Of a stretch of DNA of 64,000 nt, positions 55,051 to 64,000 are shown one piece after another. The notes beneath the pieces were generated by a model. It saw only the letters and a program-made list of their open reading frames with translations, had not been told where the DNA came from and ran no database searches. Source of the stretch: a virus (Duplodnaviria; Caudoviricetes). The stretch is from the IMG/VR virus record IMGVR_UViG_3300025679_000005; one strand, 5' to 3'. Position 1 is the stretch's first letter. Every line of letters starts with the position of its first letter. A program made the translations under genes and the position numbers.

Positions 55051-55902
55051 ATGGAAATAGATCTCGATACGAACTACGATGACGATGTAGGTCTTGGTGC
55101 AGAAGACAAGAAGCACGCCCGTTCGAACCAACTAGAGTGGTTCAAAGGGGAGAAAGGCCGCACCTACCGTGTGTCCCTCGTGTACTTCAATCCGCTCGAA
55201 GCCTCTGTCGTCAGGGCTGTCCGGAAGAAGAACCCCCAGGCCACGAAGGAAGAAATACTTGCCGCCGTAAACGGTGTCTTCGCCAAGAAGGCTGAAGCAC
55301 TGGGTAAGTCCGCCGACCAACTAACCGGCGGGGACAAGCTGGACCTCAACAACGTCCGCTTCAAGAAAATAGAGGCGCACTACAAGGAGGGCGTCGGTTA
55401 TGTCGTTTCCCGATTGGGTAAGGACGGACCCGAGGCCGACTCGGTTTGGAAGACGTTGGGCGATATGAAGACCTACTTCACAACTTGCCTCATCGTTTAC
55501 CCGACCACTCGCGAAGGCGAGCCGATCAAAGACCAGCTTCCTACCAACTGGACCGTCACCCCGTGGCGCTTCAGCAACAAGATATTTCGCCGCTTGCATG
55601 AAGTGGCGGAGTCGCTTCGTTCGAACGACTTGAACATCTGCATGCAGGATCTCAGCCTGAAGTGCACCAATACGGAGTTCCAGAACTTCGACATTGATGG
55701 TGCAGGCAAGGCTCTGTGGCGGATCAACGACAAGTTCCAAACAAGGGTGCTGGAGAAGGCTCTCCCGATCTACGAGAAGTTGGTGCCATTCCGTGAAATG
55801 AGCACCGCCGACTTGAAGATCAAGCTCGGAATTTCCGACGGTGGCGGTGTCGATACCACCATGGACGGCGGAGACTTCGGCAACTTGATGGACCAGGTCT
55901 GA
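55051..55902 (+). CDS. putative single-stranded DNA-binding protein
   Basis: AGGAG RBS, aromatic-rich core, acidic C-terminus, context. Confidence 0.55.
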   Translation: MEIDLDTNYDDDVGLGAEDKKHARSNQLEWFKGEKGRTYRVSLVYFNPLEASVVRAVRKKNPQATKEEILAAVNGVFAKKAEALGKSADQLTGGDKLDLNNVRFKKIEAHYKEGVGYVVSRLGKDGPEADSVWKTLGDMKTYFTTCLIVYPTTREGEPIKDQLPTNWTVTPWRFSNKIFRRLHEVAESLRSNDLNICMQDLSLKCTNTEFQNFDIDGAGKALWRINDKFQTRVLEKALPIYEKLVPFREMSTADLKIKLGISDGGGVDTTMDGGDFGNLMDQV

Positions 55903-55929
55903 TCTGGAGTGGGGCTCCGGCCCCACGTC

Positions 55930-56649
55930 ATGATCGTCCTAGGACTTGATCCGTCTTTGACCGGATTCGGCTGGGCAGTTCACAACTCCAATGTTGTGGG
56001 CCCCAGCCGAGTCTTGGCCAAGGGACAGTTCATCACAGATGCAAACGCCCTGTTCATTGAGCGTTATGCTGCAATTCGTGACGCGCTGATAACCCTGATA
56101 GGGCAGTACCCTATTGAGGCTGTGGGCGTAGAATCCCCTCCTTACGGAGAGAGCTTCAGTGAAGGCCTGTATGGCCTGTTCCTGTACGTGAATGAAGCCC
56201 TCCACCTTTGTCGGAAAGACGTTGTCTACTTCGATCCGACAACCCTGAAAATGCTGGCCAAGATGGACCCTAACGTCCGTCGAGGAACGATGGACAAGGG
56301 TGACATGGTGGAAGCGGCGAAGTCTGATACTCAGATCAAGAAGTGGCACCACAATGAAGCTGACGCCTACCTCATTGCCAGAAGCGCAGCCCGCTTTTGG
56401 AAGAGGGAGTCGCAGCTGATTACAGATGAAGACCTAACACCTTCGGAGCTGCGCTCTTTCGCTAGAGTGCACACCTACCAAAAGGGGGCGAAGGCAGGTC
56501 GAACGGTCAAGGCAGGGCTGATATTCCGAGAGGACGACAGGTTCTTCCGGTACTCCAAGATACCCCCCATTCCAGAAGAAGAGGAACTAGTAAAATGGCT
56601 CAGCGCAAGAAACCACCAGAAGGCTCTGAAGATCAAGGTTCTCAAGTGA
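55930..56649 (+). CDS. RuvC-like Holliday junction resolvase
   Basis: VLGLDPSLTGFGWA, VGVE, NEADAYLIA. Confidence 0.85.
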   Translation: MIVLGLDPSLTGFGWAVHNSNVVGPSRVLAKGQFITDANALFIERYAAIRDALITLIGQYPIEAVGVESPPYGESFSEGLYGLFLYVNEALHLCRKDVVYFDPTTLKMLAKMDPNVRRGTMDKGDMVEAAKSDTQIKKWHHNEADAYLIARSAARFWKRESQLITDEDLTPSELRSFARVHTYQKGAKAGRTVKAGLIFREDDRFFRYSKIPPIPEEEELVKWLSARNHQKALKIKVLK

Positions 56650-57950
56650 GTGCTCAGGCACCTGCCCCCAAAGCTCCCCCAAAGGCAGCTGCCAAGACTC
56701 CGGCCGCCAAGGCTGCTGACGAAGATGCTGCCAAGCGTGTGGCGATGGCCCGAGCAGCCATCCTCAGAAGCACCGGCAAGAAGATCGTGGGCGAGGACAA
56801 GAGTGCTCTCCCCTACGTATCCACCGGCAGCTTCCTCTTAGATCACCTCATCGGTGGCACCATGGCAGAGGACGGCAAGGCTTCGATTTGTCCAGGTTAC
56901 CCCCGTCGCTGCTACACGGAAATATATGGCGCTGAAGCGTCGGGCAAAACCACAGCTGCCCTCGAAGCTGTCGCCGATATCCAGAAGCAACCTGGCGGCA
57001 TCGCCATGTACCTCGACTTCGAGAAGGCTCTGAATCAGAAGTATGCTCGTTCGATTGGGGTAGTATTCGACCCGAACAAGTTGATGCTGTTCCAGCCGGA
57101 TACGATGGAAGAGGGCTTCAAGATGTTGTGGGCTGGCCTGAAGATGGGTGTTGATCTCATCGTCATTGACTCGGTGGCGGCCATGGTTCCGAAAGAGGAA
57201 CTAGAGAAGGGTTTTGACGACCCGCAACGCATCGGTGCTCAGGCCCGTGTCCTCAGCATAATCCTGCCCAAGCTGGCCACATGGTTCAACAATCCGACGA
57301 TCTCTACGAACCCTAAGGGGACGGCGCTGATCTTCATCAATCAGATTCGTGCGCTGATCAGTACTACATCCAGAAATCCAGACGCAGACAACACTCCTGG
57401 CGGCAAGGCTCTGAAGTACTATGCCCACCTTCGTGTCAAGTTCACCAGGCTTCGAGGGGAGAAAGTCGAGCGCAAAAACAAGTTCACTGGTAAGGTCCAA
57501 AAGTACGACTTTGGGCAACATACCCAAGCCAAGATCATCAAGTCTAGGCTTGATGGCTCGAACGGACACACCACGGACCTGTTCATCCGGTACGGCCACG
57601 GCATCGACAACTACTACAGTCTGATCGAATCGGGGGTGGCCACCCACATCATCAAGAAATCAGGGTCAACCCTCTCATACGGTGGTCATGACGAACGTAG
57701 CCGGGACAAGTTCCGCAGCTACTTAGTCAACAATCCAGCGATCTTCGAGGAACTGAAGATCAAGGTGGTTAGAGCTGTCAAGGATGACGCCCCGATTGAA
57801 GAGCTGGACGAGGACGACGAGTTGGTAGAATCGATGGATGAGGCTTTTGAAGCTTTGACTACAGAAGAATCCTCCTCAGAAGAGGTCATCGAGACCGAGG
57901 ACTTCGTGGCCGAAGACCAGGCAGCTCAGGACGATACGGCAGCAGAATGA
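56595..57950 (+). CDS. recA: RecA/UvsX recombinase
   Basis: EIYGAEASGKTT, IVIDSVAAMVP, FINQIR, TPGGKALKYYA. Confidence 0.95.
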   Translation: MAQRKKPPEGSEDQGSQVSAQAPAPKAPPKAAAKTPAAKAADEDAAKRVAMARAAILRSTGKKIVGEDKSALPYVSTGSFLLDHLIGGTMAEDGKASICPGYPRRCYTEIYGAEASGKTTAALEAVADIQKQPGGIAMYLDFEKALNQKYARSIGVVFDPNKLMLFQPDTMEEGFKMLWAGLKMGVDLIVIDSVAAMVPKEELEKGFDDPQRIGAQARVLSIILPKLATWFNNPTISTNPKGTALIFINQIRALISTTSRNPDADNTPGGKALKYYAHLRVKFTRLRGEKVERKNKFTGKVQKYDFGQHTQAKIIKSRLDGSNGHTTDLFIRYGHGIDNYYSLIESGVATHIIKKSGSTLSYGGHDERSRDKFRSYLVNNPAIFEELKIKVVRAVKDDAPIEELDEDDELVESMDEAFEALTTEESSSEEVIETEDFVAEDQAAQDDTAAE

Positions 57951-59188
57951 TCGAAATCGAAGTCAGCGACTTCCAGTCGATCAGGCATACCGATGTGACT
58001 ATCGACAAGTTCTCGGTCATCGTGGGCCGCTCGAACATTGGAAAAAGTGCGCTCGTGAGGGCTGTTCAGTTTGCCCTCACGGGGGCTGTCGGCACTGACT
58101 TCGTACGTCACGGAGCGGCCTGTGACAGGGCCGCTCGTGGCACCAAGAAATGCAAGTGTTTCTCCAGGGTCCGGGTCAAGACCTCGGCCATTGAGTTTAC
58201 TTGGGAGAAGGGCGACAACGTCAATCGCTATACGGTTATTCAAGAGGGCGTGTCTCAGGTGTATGAGGGACTGGATCGGGGCACCCCTCCGTTTCTAGCC
58301 GATACCTTCCAACCCATCAAAGTGGGGGACAGTAAGGAACTGGCTCAAATACCAGATCAATTCGAGCCCATTTTCCTCCTGAACAAGTCTGGGACGGTGG
58401 TGGCTGATGTTCTTAGTGATGTGGCTCAGCTAGATGAGATCAATGTGGCCATGGCTATGGCCGTCAAGGATCGTAAGGACTGCGGGGCCACTAGGAAGGT
58501 GAGAACGCAGGATATCGTCGATTTGAACAAGTCCCTGGAGAAGTACCTGGGCTCGGATACGGCCGTGGCAGCCGCCGCCGCCCTGCAAGTGCGTTTGGAA
58601 GGCGCCAAGCACAAGCAGACCCAAGCAGACTTGCTGGATCGCTTCGTCGCTTCAGCCAAGGCTCTGACCCTATCTTTGACGACGCTGAACAAGGCAACAG
58701 CCCCGGCCTTGCCAGACCTAGAGCCCTTGAAAGAGACCTCGGGCAGTCTCACCCAAATAGGCGCCTTCTGTTCTAAGGTGTCCGACCTAGCCCCACAGGT
58801 ACAGAGCTTGTCGGGGGTTACGTCTGTGACGTTGCCTGAGGACCCCAACCTACAGGTTGGCCCTCAGAAGCTCTCCAAGATGGGGGTGTGGCTCAACCGC
58901 CTTCAGAGCCTAAAAGCGTCCCTGGACGGTTGGGAAACCCTAGAGAAGGTACCTGAGGTTGAGGATCAGGCTCCAGTGAAAGCCAAGTATCTGAAGCTGG
59001 TCGGGCTGAACATCCTGGTGTCCAAAGTGGTAGCCATCGAGGCCAGCTACAGTACGGCCAAGAAGGACCTCGAAGCTGTCATCAAGCTTGAGGCGGAGAT
59101 CCTCAAGGAACTGAACGACCTGGGGATGTGCCCAGCATGTTCCCAGTCAATTGACGCCGAGCACGCTCTGCACCTGGAGGCCTCGTGA
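57947..59188 (+). CDS. SbcC/Rad50-like ATPase, N-terminal half (Walker A, coiled coil, Zn hook)
   Basis: FQSI, GRSNIGKS, Q-loop AQIPDQ, CPAC at the C-terminus; no Walker B. Confidence 0.85.
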   Translation: MIEIEVSDFQSIRHTDVTIDKFSVIVGRSNIGKSALVRAVQFALTGAVGTDFVRHGAACDRAARGTKKCKCFSRVRVKTSAIEFTWEKGDNVNRYTVIQEGVSQVYEGLDRGTPPFLADTFQPIKVGDSKELAQIPDQFEPIFLLNKSGTVVADVLSDVAQLDEINVAMAMAVKDRKDCGATRKVRTQDIVDLNKSLEKYLGSDTAVAAAAALQVRLEGAKHKQTQADLLDRFVASAKALTLSLTTLNKATAPALPDLEPLKETSGSLTQIGAFCSKVSDLAPQVQSLSGVTSVTLPEDPNLQVGPQKLSKMGVWLNRLQSLKASLDGWETLEKVPEVEDQAPVKAKYLKLVGLNILVSKVVAIEASYSTAKKDLEAVIKLEAEILKELNDLGMCPACSQSIDAEHALHLEAS

Positions 59189-60150
59189 AATTTATCTTCC
59201 GGACGGACGTGCATGCCGCAGACAAGGGCCCCTCCTCGTGGAAGGGCGACTACCCAGCGGAGATTCGGAGCAATCTCGTTCAAATAGGCGAGATTGCTAG
59301 GAAGCACGGGGCGACGGCTGTCTTGGATGGGGGCGACTTCTTCCACGTCAAGGATGCCGTGAAGAACTCCCATGCTTTGGTCAAGGACATCATGTCCCTG
59401 CACAACGAGTATTACCCGTGCCCTGTTTACTGTGTGGAGGGCAACCACGACATTGTGGGCAACAATCTCACGACCCTGTCCAAACAGCCCCTAGGAGTCT
59501 TGATCGAGTCCGGAGTGTTCCGAGAGCTTCGTGAGGAGGTTTTTACGGACGGGCTTGATCAAGTTAGAATCGTAGGCTTCCCGTACAGCTCGGAGCGCAC
59601 TCTCAGGGAGATTCAAGAGGCGAGGAAGCAACCAGGGGACACCTGCCTGATAGCAGTCGTTCACGCACTGGCTGGGGAGAACCCGCCGGCCAATGTGGAG
59701 GACTTCTTCGGAGAGCCTGTCTTCCGGTACGACACCATGATCGTTGAGGGTGGCCCAGATGTCCTGTTGTTTGGGCATTGGCATCGAGATCAGGGGATCG
59801 TTCAGCTGGAGGGGCGATTCTTCGTCAATCAAGGCGCCGTGTCCCGAGGGGCGCTGGTACGGGAGAACTTAGAGCGTACACCCAAGGTAGCCCTCATTGA
59901 GGTAGCCGATGGCGTGATCACCGTCAAGGCCATGCCACTTACTGTGCTCCCGGCCGAAGAGGTCTTCGATGTCGAGCGCAAAGAGCGCCTGGAGAAAGAA
60001 GCCCTGGCTATTGATCAGTTCGTTGCACAGATGGAGGCGGATTCCGAGGAGGACACTCCCAAGGACATCGACACTAGCCTGTCTGTGCTGAATTTCGCTC
60101 CTGAGGTTCGAAAGCGGGCTCAGGTTTATCTAGAGAGAGCCCGGTCATGA
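59185..60150 (+). CDS. SbcD/Mre11-like metallophosphoesterase nuclease
   Basis: TDVH, GGDFFH, EGNHD, FGHWH. Confidence 0.9.
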   Translation: MKFIFRTDVHAADKGPSSWKGDYPAEIRSNLVQIGEIARKHGATAVLDGGDFFHVKDAVKNSHALVKDIMSLHNEYYPCPVYCVEGNHDIVGNNLTTLSKQPLGVLIESGVFRELREEVFTDGLDQVRIVGFPYSSERTLREIQEARKQPGDTCLIAVVHALAGENPPANVEDFFGEPVFRYDTMIVEGGPDVLLFGHWHRDQGIVQLEGRFFVNQGAVSRGALVRENLERTPKVALIEVADGVITVKAMPLTVLPAEEVFDVERKERLEKEALAIDQFVAQMEADSEEDTPKDIDTSLSVLNFAPEVRKRAQVYLERARS

Positions 60151-61094
60151 AAAGCGACAACTTCTACATCTCCTACTCCGGCTACAAGAAGTACGAGACC
60201 TGCAATTACGCCTATTGGAACAGCTACGTTGCTGAGACGAAGGTGGTGGGCCCGGACGACCGCCTAGGTTCTATCTACGGCTCAGTGGTAGGGCAGCTGT
60301 TTGAGCAGTTCTACATGGATCAGCTCTGGCGTAAAGACAACGCACAGGCAATTCTGGTCTCTAGGATTGAAGGCCAAGTGGACACGGCCATCAAAAAAGA
60401 GACAACCCCCTCAAGGTACGGCAAGGGTGGTGTATTGCTGTGGAAGGGTGATGGTGAAGGCCAGAGCCCGTACGGCATGTACGAGAGCAAAGAAGAGCTG
60501 GTAGCGGACATTAGAGATACGATCCCTAGAGGGTTTCGTATTATCCGGCATCATCGTTTGCTGGGGCCTAGGGCAGAGGCGGAGACCAAGCTCGACTTCA
60601 GGGCTCCCAACGGGGATATCTGGGGCGGCCGATCAGACTTTATCATCCAACGTGCCAAACCCCACGAAGACCTAGTCATCATTGACGGCAAGGGCTCGAA
60701 GCATCGAGATAAGTACGTGGATCCTACCCAGCTTCAGTGGTATTCCATGCTATATAAGCTGAACTTTGGCTCGGCGCCAGATCGGTTGGCTTTCTTGTTT
60801 TGGCGCTACGAGCCGACGGAGAGCATGGATTGGGTGGACACCTCTGACAATGAAATACAGAGCCTATTCATTCAGGTCCGGGACACGATTGAGGAGATCA
60901 AGGACCGCAAGAAGCGGGCTTTGCCTGTGATGCCGTTCGCCAAAGCTAGGGAGGTTTTTCCCGTGAAAGCCAACAAGGAAAACTGCCGATTCTGCCCATA
61001 CGCCACCGAGGAAATATGTCCGAAGGGCGCTAAGATCCAGCAGGAGATCAAGTCGCAACAAGAGGCCACACGAGCCAAGAGCAAAAAACCATGA
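60147..61094 (+). CDS. PD-(D/E)XK nuclease (RecB/Cas4-like)
   Basis: SYS..KYETC, GRSD, IIDGKG, QLQWY, CRFCPY..C. Confidence 0.85.
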   Translation: MKSDNFYISYSGYKKYETCNYAYWNSYVAETKVVGPDDRLGSIYGSVVGQLFEQFYMDQLWRKDNAQAILVSRIEGQVDTAIKKETTPSRYGKGGVLLWKGDGEGQSPYGMYESKEELVADIRDTIPRGFRIIRHHRLLGPRAEAETKLDFRAPNGDIWGGRSDFIIQRAKPHEDLVIIDGKGSKHRDKYVDPTQLQWYSMLYKLNFGSAPDRLAFLFWRYEPTESMDWVDTSDNEIQSLFIQVRDTIEEIKDRKKRALPVMPFAKAREVFPVKANKENCRFCPYATEEICPKGAKIQQEIKSQQEATRAKSKKP

Positions 61095-61363
61095 ACTCAC
61101 TAGATCAAATACGAGAAAAGGTCGAAGAACTAAGCAAGCGGTACAAGGTCGCTGCCAACAAGAAGTCCACTCTGAGTGGGCTTCTTCAAGCCAAGAAGGA
61201 AGAACTCGCGACTCTGAAGAAGGAAATAGAGGACGCAGGGTACGACCCGAAGCGCCTTAAGGAAGAGCGCGACCGCCTCCAACAAGAGATGGTCGCGATG
61301 ATAGAGGATTTCGACAAGAGACTAGGCGAAGTCGAGACTGCTTTGGCAGCCTTCGGTAATTGA
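61091..61363 (+). CDS. short coiled-coil protein
   Basis: 90 aa, heptad-rich. Confidence 0.7.
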   Translation: MNSLDQIREKVEELSKRYKVAANKKSTLSGLLQAKKEELATLKKEIEDAGYDPKRLKEERDRLQQEMVAMIEDFDKRLGEVETALAAFGN

Positions 61364-61381
61364 GAAGAGAGAAGATACCAG

Positions 61382-62632
61382 ATGAAAATTCGTACCACAG
61401 TCGAGAATCTGAACCAAGCGTTCGAAATAGCGGGCATCGTCACGCCGAAGTTGAAGAACAACTCGGACGCAGCTTTTCTGATCGCCAACCATGGGGGCAA
61501 GCTGTATGTACACTCCCACGACGGGATTCGTGCAACTCGAACTGAGCTTAAGTTCGACTCCTTAGAGGGCGAAGGTGCCTTCGCGTTCCCCAACGACAAA
61601 GTCGGCTCTCTCAAGTACGTGGACGGTTGGATTGAACTGGAATCCGGTCATGACGATAAGCGCCATTGGGTCAAGTACACTACAGAAGGTGGCGCCAAGG
61701 TAGACATCGCCTCCTACGACCCAGACGCCTACGCCACCCTCGTGCGAAATCTTAGCGAGACCACTGAGGAGCGCCTGTACCTCACGGCCATTCTTCGGGA
61801 CGCCTTCAAGACGGTCTTCGGGTTCACCCCAAGGGGCACCGACAAGGATAAGGCTCCGGACTTTTACAGCACCTTACAGATCTTCGACGCCAGTAAGCCC
61901 GAGTGGTTAAGCGGCGACGGTGTGATGCTGGGGGCTGACGGTACCCGGGCAGCCTTTTTCTCATGTGAGGCTTTGAAGGGCAAAGGCCTTGGGGTGCATA
62001 CTGATCACCTCTCGTACCTTACAGATTTCTTGGCCAAATGCGGCCCAACGGTCAAGGTGAAGTTCGGGGAAGCCATGAACTTCCTGATTGAGCTTATCCC
62101 TGAAGAGGATGGTACCTTCACCGAGGGGGCCGTCATTGGTTGGGTGAGCCATGTCACGACACACGCTAAGTACAAGTACTACGCCACTAGTGAGGACCAC
62201 GCTGTTCTGATGGTGCCCAGGGACATGATGGTGAAGTCTCTGAGCCATATCAGATCCCTGCTCTCTGGGAATCAGCCTAAGATTCGTTTGATTTTGAAGG
62301 ACGGCTTCTTGAACTTCAAGTCAAATGACGGAGGCAACAGCCTGACAAGCGCTCCTGTAGGGGTGGACCTTCTCGCCTTGGATGATAAGTCTCCGTCGGT
62401 GGCAGGATTTGAGTGCAATGCCGACGCAGACCGGCTGGTGGACCTGTTCTCTTCTGCGAAAGGGCATGAAGTCGAGTTCCGCATTGCTCTAGTAGCTGAG
62501 AGCAAGCATCACAAATCAGGGGCCTTCTTTCGGACCTTCGATCGTTTCCGCTTGAATACTGAGGGTGCCGTAGTCATCTCTCCTGAGGACTCCTACGAAT
62601 GCCTAGTGACTCGATTCACGCCTTCGGTGTGA
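61382..62632 (+). CDS. divergent DNA polymerase III beta-clamp-like protein
   Basis: 416 aa, MKIRTTVENL start, ADGTR motif, genome also has holA/holB. Confidence 0.55.
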   Translation: MKIRTTVENLNQAFEIAGIVTPKLKNNSDAAFLIANHGGKLYVHSHDGIRATRTELKFDSLEGEGAFAFPNDKVGSLKYVDGWIELESGHDDKRHWVKYTTEGGAKVDIASYDPDAYATLVRNLSETTEERLYLTAILRDAFKTVFGFTPRGTDKDKAPDFYSTLQIFDASKPEWLSGDGVMLGADGTRAAFFSCEALKGKGLGVHTDHLSYLTDFLAKCGPTVKVKFGEAMNFLIELIPEEDGTFTEGAVIGWVSHVTTHAKYKYYATSEDHAVLMVPRDMMVKSLSHIRSLLSGNQPKIRLILKDGFLNFKSNDGGNSLTSAPVGVDLLALDDKSPSVAGFECNADADRLVDLFSSAKGHEVEFRIALVAESKHHKSGAFFRTFDRFRLNTEGAVVISPEDSYECLVTRFTPSV

Positions 62633-63276
62633 GGGTCAAGAACGCGGAAGCTGCGGCTACTCGGCTGGTTACCTTGAAAGGCAGGGTAACCGCCGAGCTT
62701 GCAGCTAAAGAAGCGGAGGTGACTCACCTTGACCAAGAGATCGAAATCCTGGGCAAGGTGGTAGAGCTTTTTCGCGTTCTGCTGGATCAGCTCGTCGAGA
62801 AGCAGGTGCGATCCGTCGAAAAGGTCGCAACCGAGGGCCTTCAGACGATTTTTACAGACCAGATTCTCAGCTTGGAGTCCGAGGTGGCCCCCAAGCATAA
62901 CAAGATCTCCGTGGATTTCTTCGTCCGTAGGGGTCTCAAGGGCAGCCCACGGTCACATCGGGGGAAGCCCCTGGAAGCTTTCGGCGGCGGGCCTGCCACG
63001 GTCATATCCTTGATTCTGAGGGTATTGGCGGTAAAGCGTTTGAACCTTTGGCCGGTACTAGTCTTGGACGAGTCTCTGGGCGCCGTGTCTGATGAGTATG
63101 TCGACCATACTAGTCAGTTCCTACGGGGTATTGCTGAAAAGCTGGGTTTCGACCTGCTTTTGGTCACCCACAAGCCCGCCTTCAAGGAATACGCACATAA
63201 TGTGTACCGTTGCTCCGAAGCCTTCGAGGAAGACGGTGTAACATCCTTCCTGGTAGTGAAGAAGGTACCCTCTTGA
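62629..63276 (+). CDS. SbcC/Rad50-like ATPase, C-terminal half
   Basis: Signature-like AFGGG, Walker B VLVLDESLGAVSD, H-loop LVTH. Confidence 0.85.
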   Translation: MRVKNAEAAATRLVTLKGRVTAELAAKEAEVTHLDQEIEILGKVVELFRVLLDQLVEKQVRSVEKVATEGLQTIFTDQILSLESEVAPKHNKISVDFFVRRGLKGSPRSHRGKPLEAFGGGPATVISLILRVLAVKRLNLWPVLVLDESLGAVSDEYVDHTSQFLRGIAEKLGFDLLLVTHKPAFKEYAHNVYRCSEAFEEDGVTSFLVVKKVPS

Positions 63277-63815
63277 AAGATCCCACGGAAATACTTGCCC
63301 GAGCAAAGGGCCTGTTGTGTGCGGAGCTGGACCGTCGAGTGCAGAACGCCTCCAAGCGCCTGCCGCATATGTGTGCGAACAATTACCGGCAGCCTCTGGA
63401 TGGGCGCAAGACGGTTGAGGGGGTTGCCAACTCCAACTACAACCGGGTGTCCTTGCCTCTAGCGAGCACCATCGGTTTATGTATGCTGGGGTCAGAGGAT
63501 CCAGAGCAGTGGCAGGGGACGATTTGTGAAGACCCGATTGATGCTCAGAAGTGCCCTTACTTCTCATCAACCATGACTAAAGATCAGGTCTTTAACGAAT
63601 TCCTGGAGCAGACCTCTAACCCGGAGTGGTTAGAGGAGAACATGCCTGGAGTTTCCGAACTGTTGTGGGCAGCAGGACACTCCAAGTCTGTGGCACTGCC
63701 TTTCTGGAAACGTGTTATGATGCTGTTTACTAGGATCAAGGTTGAGCCTATTGTTAGAGTGCCCGATCTGACACCCCTCCTGACGGCTCCGAAGCATGAA
63801 GATCTCCGTTCTTGA
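63273..63815 (+). CDS. Cys-containing hypothetical protein
   Basis: TTG start overlapping the upstream stop. Confidence 0.6.
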   Translation: MKDPTEILARAKGLLCAELDRRVQNASKRLPHMCANNYRQPLDGRKTVEGVANSNYNRVSLPLASTIGLCMLGSEDPEQWQGTICEDPIDAQKCPYFSSTMTKDQVFNEFLEQTSNPEWLEENMPGVSELLWAAGHSKSVALPFWKRVMMLFTRIKVEPIVRVPDLTPLLTAPKHEDLRS

Positions 63816-64000
63816 ACGCATGCTCACTGCGGAGCGTATGCGCCAGAAGGCCTCTTTCGCCCCACCGGTAGCAAATCGGCGAGCAGCGACTCATGACGAG
63901 GGGCCTTGGGTCGTAACGAACACCAAAGGTGATGTGGTCTTGACCAGACTGCAGCACGACCCTAAGTTCGAAGAGGACTTTGTCTTGCAGGGTTTTTTTG
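63796..64000 (+). CDS. hypothetical protein, truncated by window end
   Basis: ATG overlapping the upstream gene; open to the end. Confidence 0.45.
   Translation, partial: MKISVLERMLTAERMRQKASFAPPVANRRAATHDEGPWVVTNTKGDVVLTRLQHDPKFEEDFVLQGFF

Overview
Fragment of a large (jumbo-type) dsDNA bacteriophage genome; host and taxonomy cannot be determined from this window. No virion structural genes, rRNA or CRISPR array were recognised. (1) 1-5.6 kb: a DNA methyltransferase whose reading frame stays open through two nested nuclease genes, plus small genes. (2) 5.6-35.8 kb: a dispersed array of about 41 near-canonical tRNAs (19 amino acids, no Trp) and a one-piece tmRNA. It also holds many non-canonical tRNA-like and structured RNAs, over a dozen HNH/EndoVII-type nucleases (one tRNA-associated family in 7 copies plus a remnant), a PLP aminotransferase, a two-component operon, a GT-C-like membrane protein and a four-gene ubiquitin-like conjugation operon (E2-like, JAB, Ubl, E1/ThiF). 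(3) 36-64 kb: replication, recombination and nucleotide genes (GroEL, clamp-loader subunits, nrdAB, ligA, RecD2, SSB-like, RuvC-like, RecA, split SbcC with SbcD, PD-(D/E)XK nuclease, clamp-like protein). The best candidates for new biology are the Ubl operon, the circularly permuted tRNA-mimic RNAs (two stand-alone, two in tandem behind a coiled-coil gene), the dual-coding nuclease inserts in the methyltransferase, and a leader-peptide attenuator in front of the tRNA array. All RNA folds and protein family calls were made by eye, without covariance models or HMMs.
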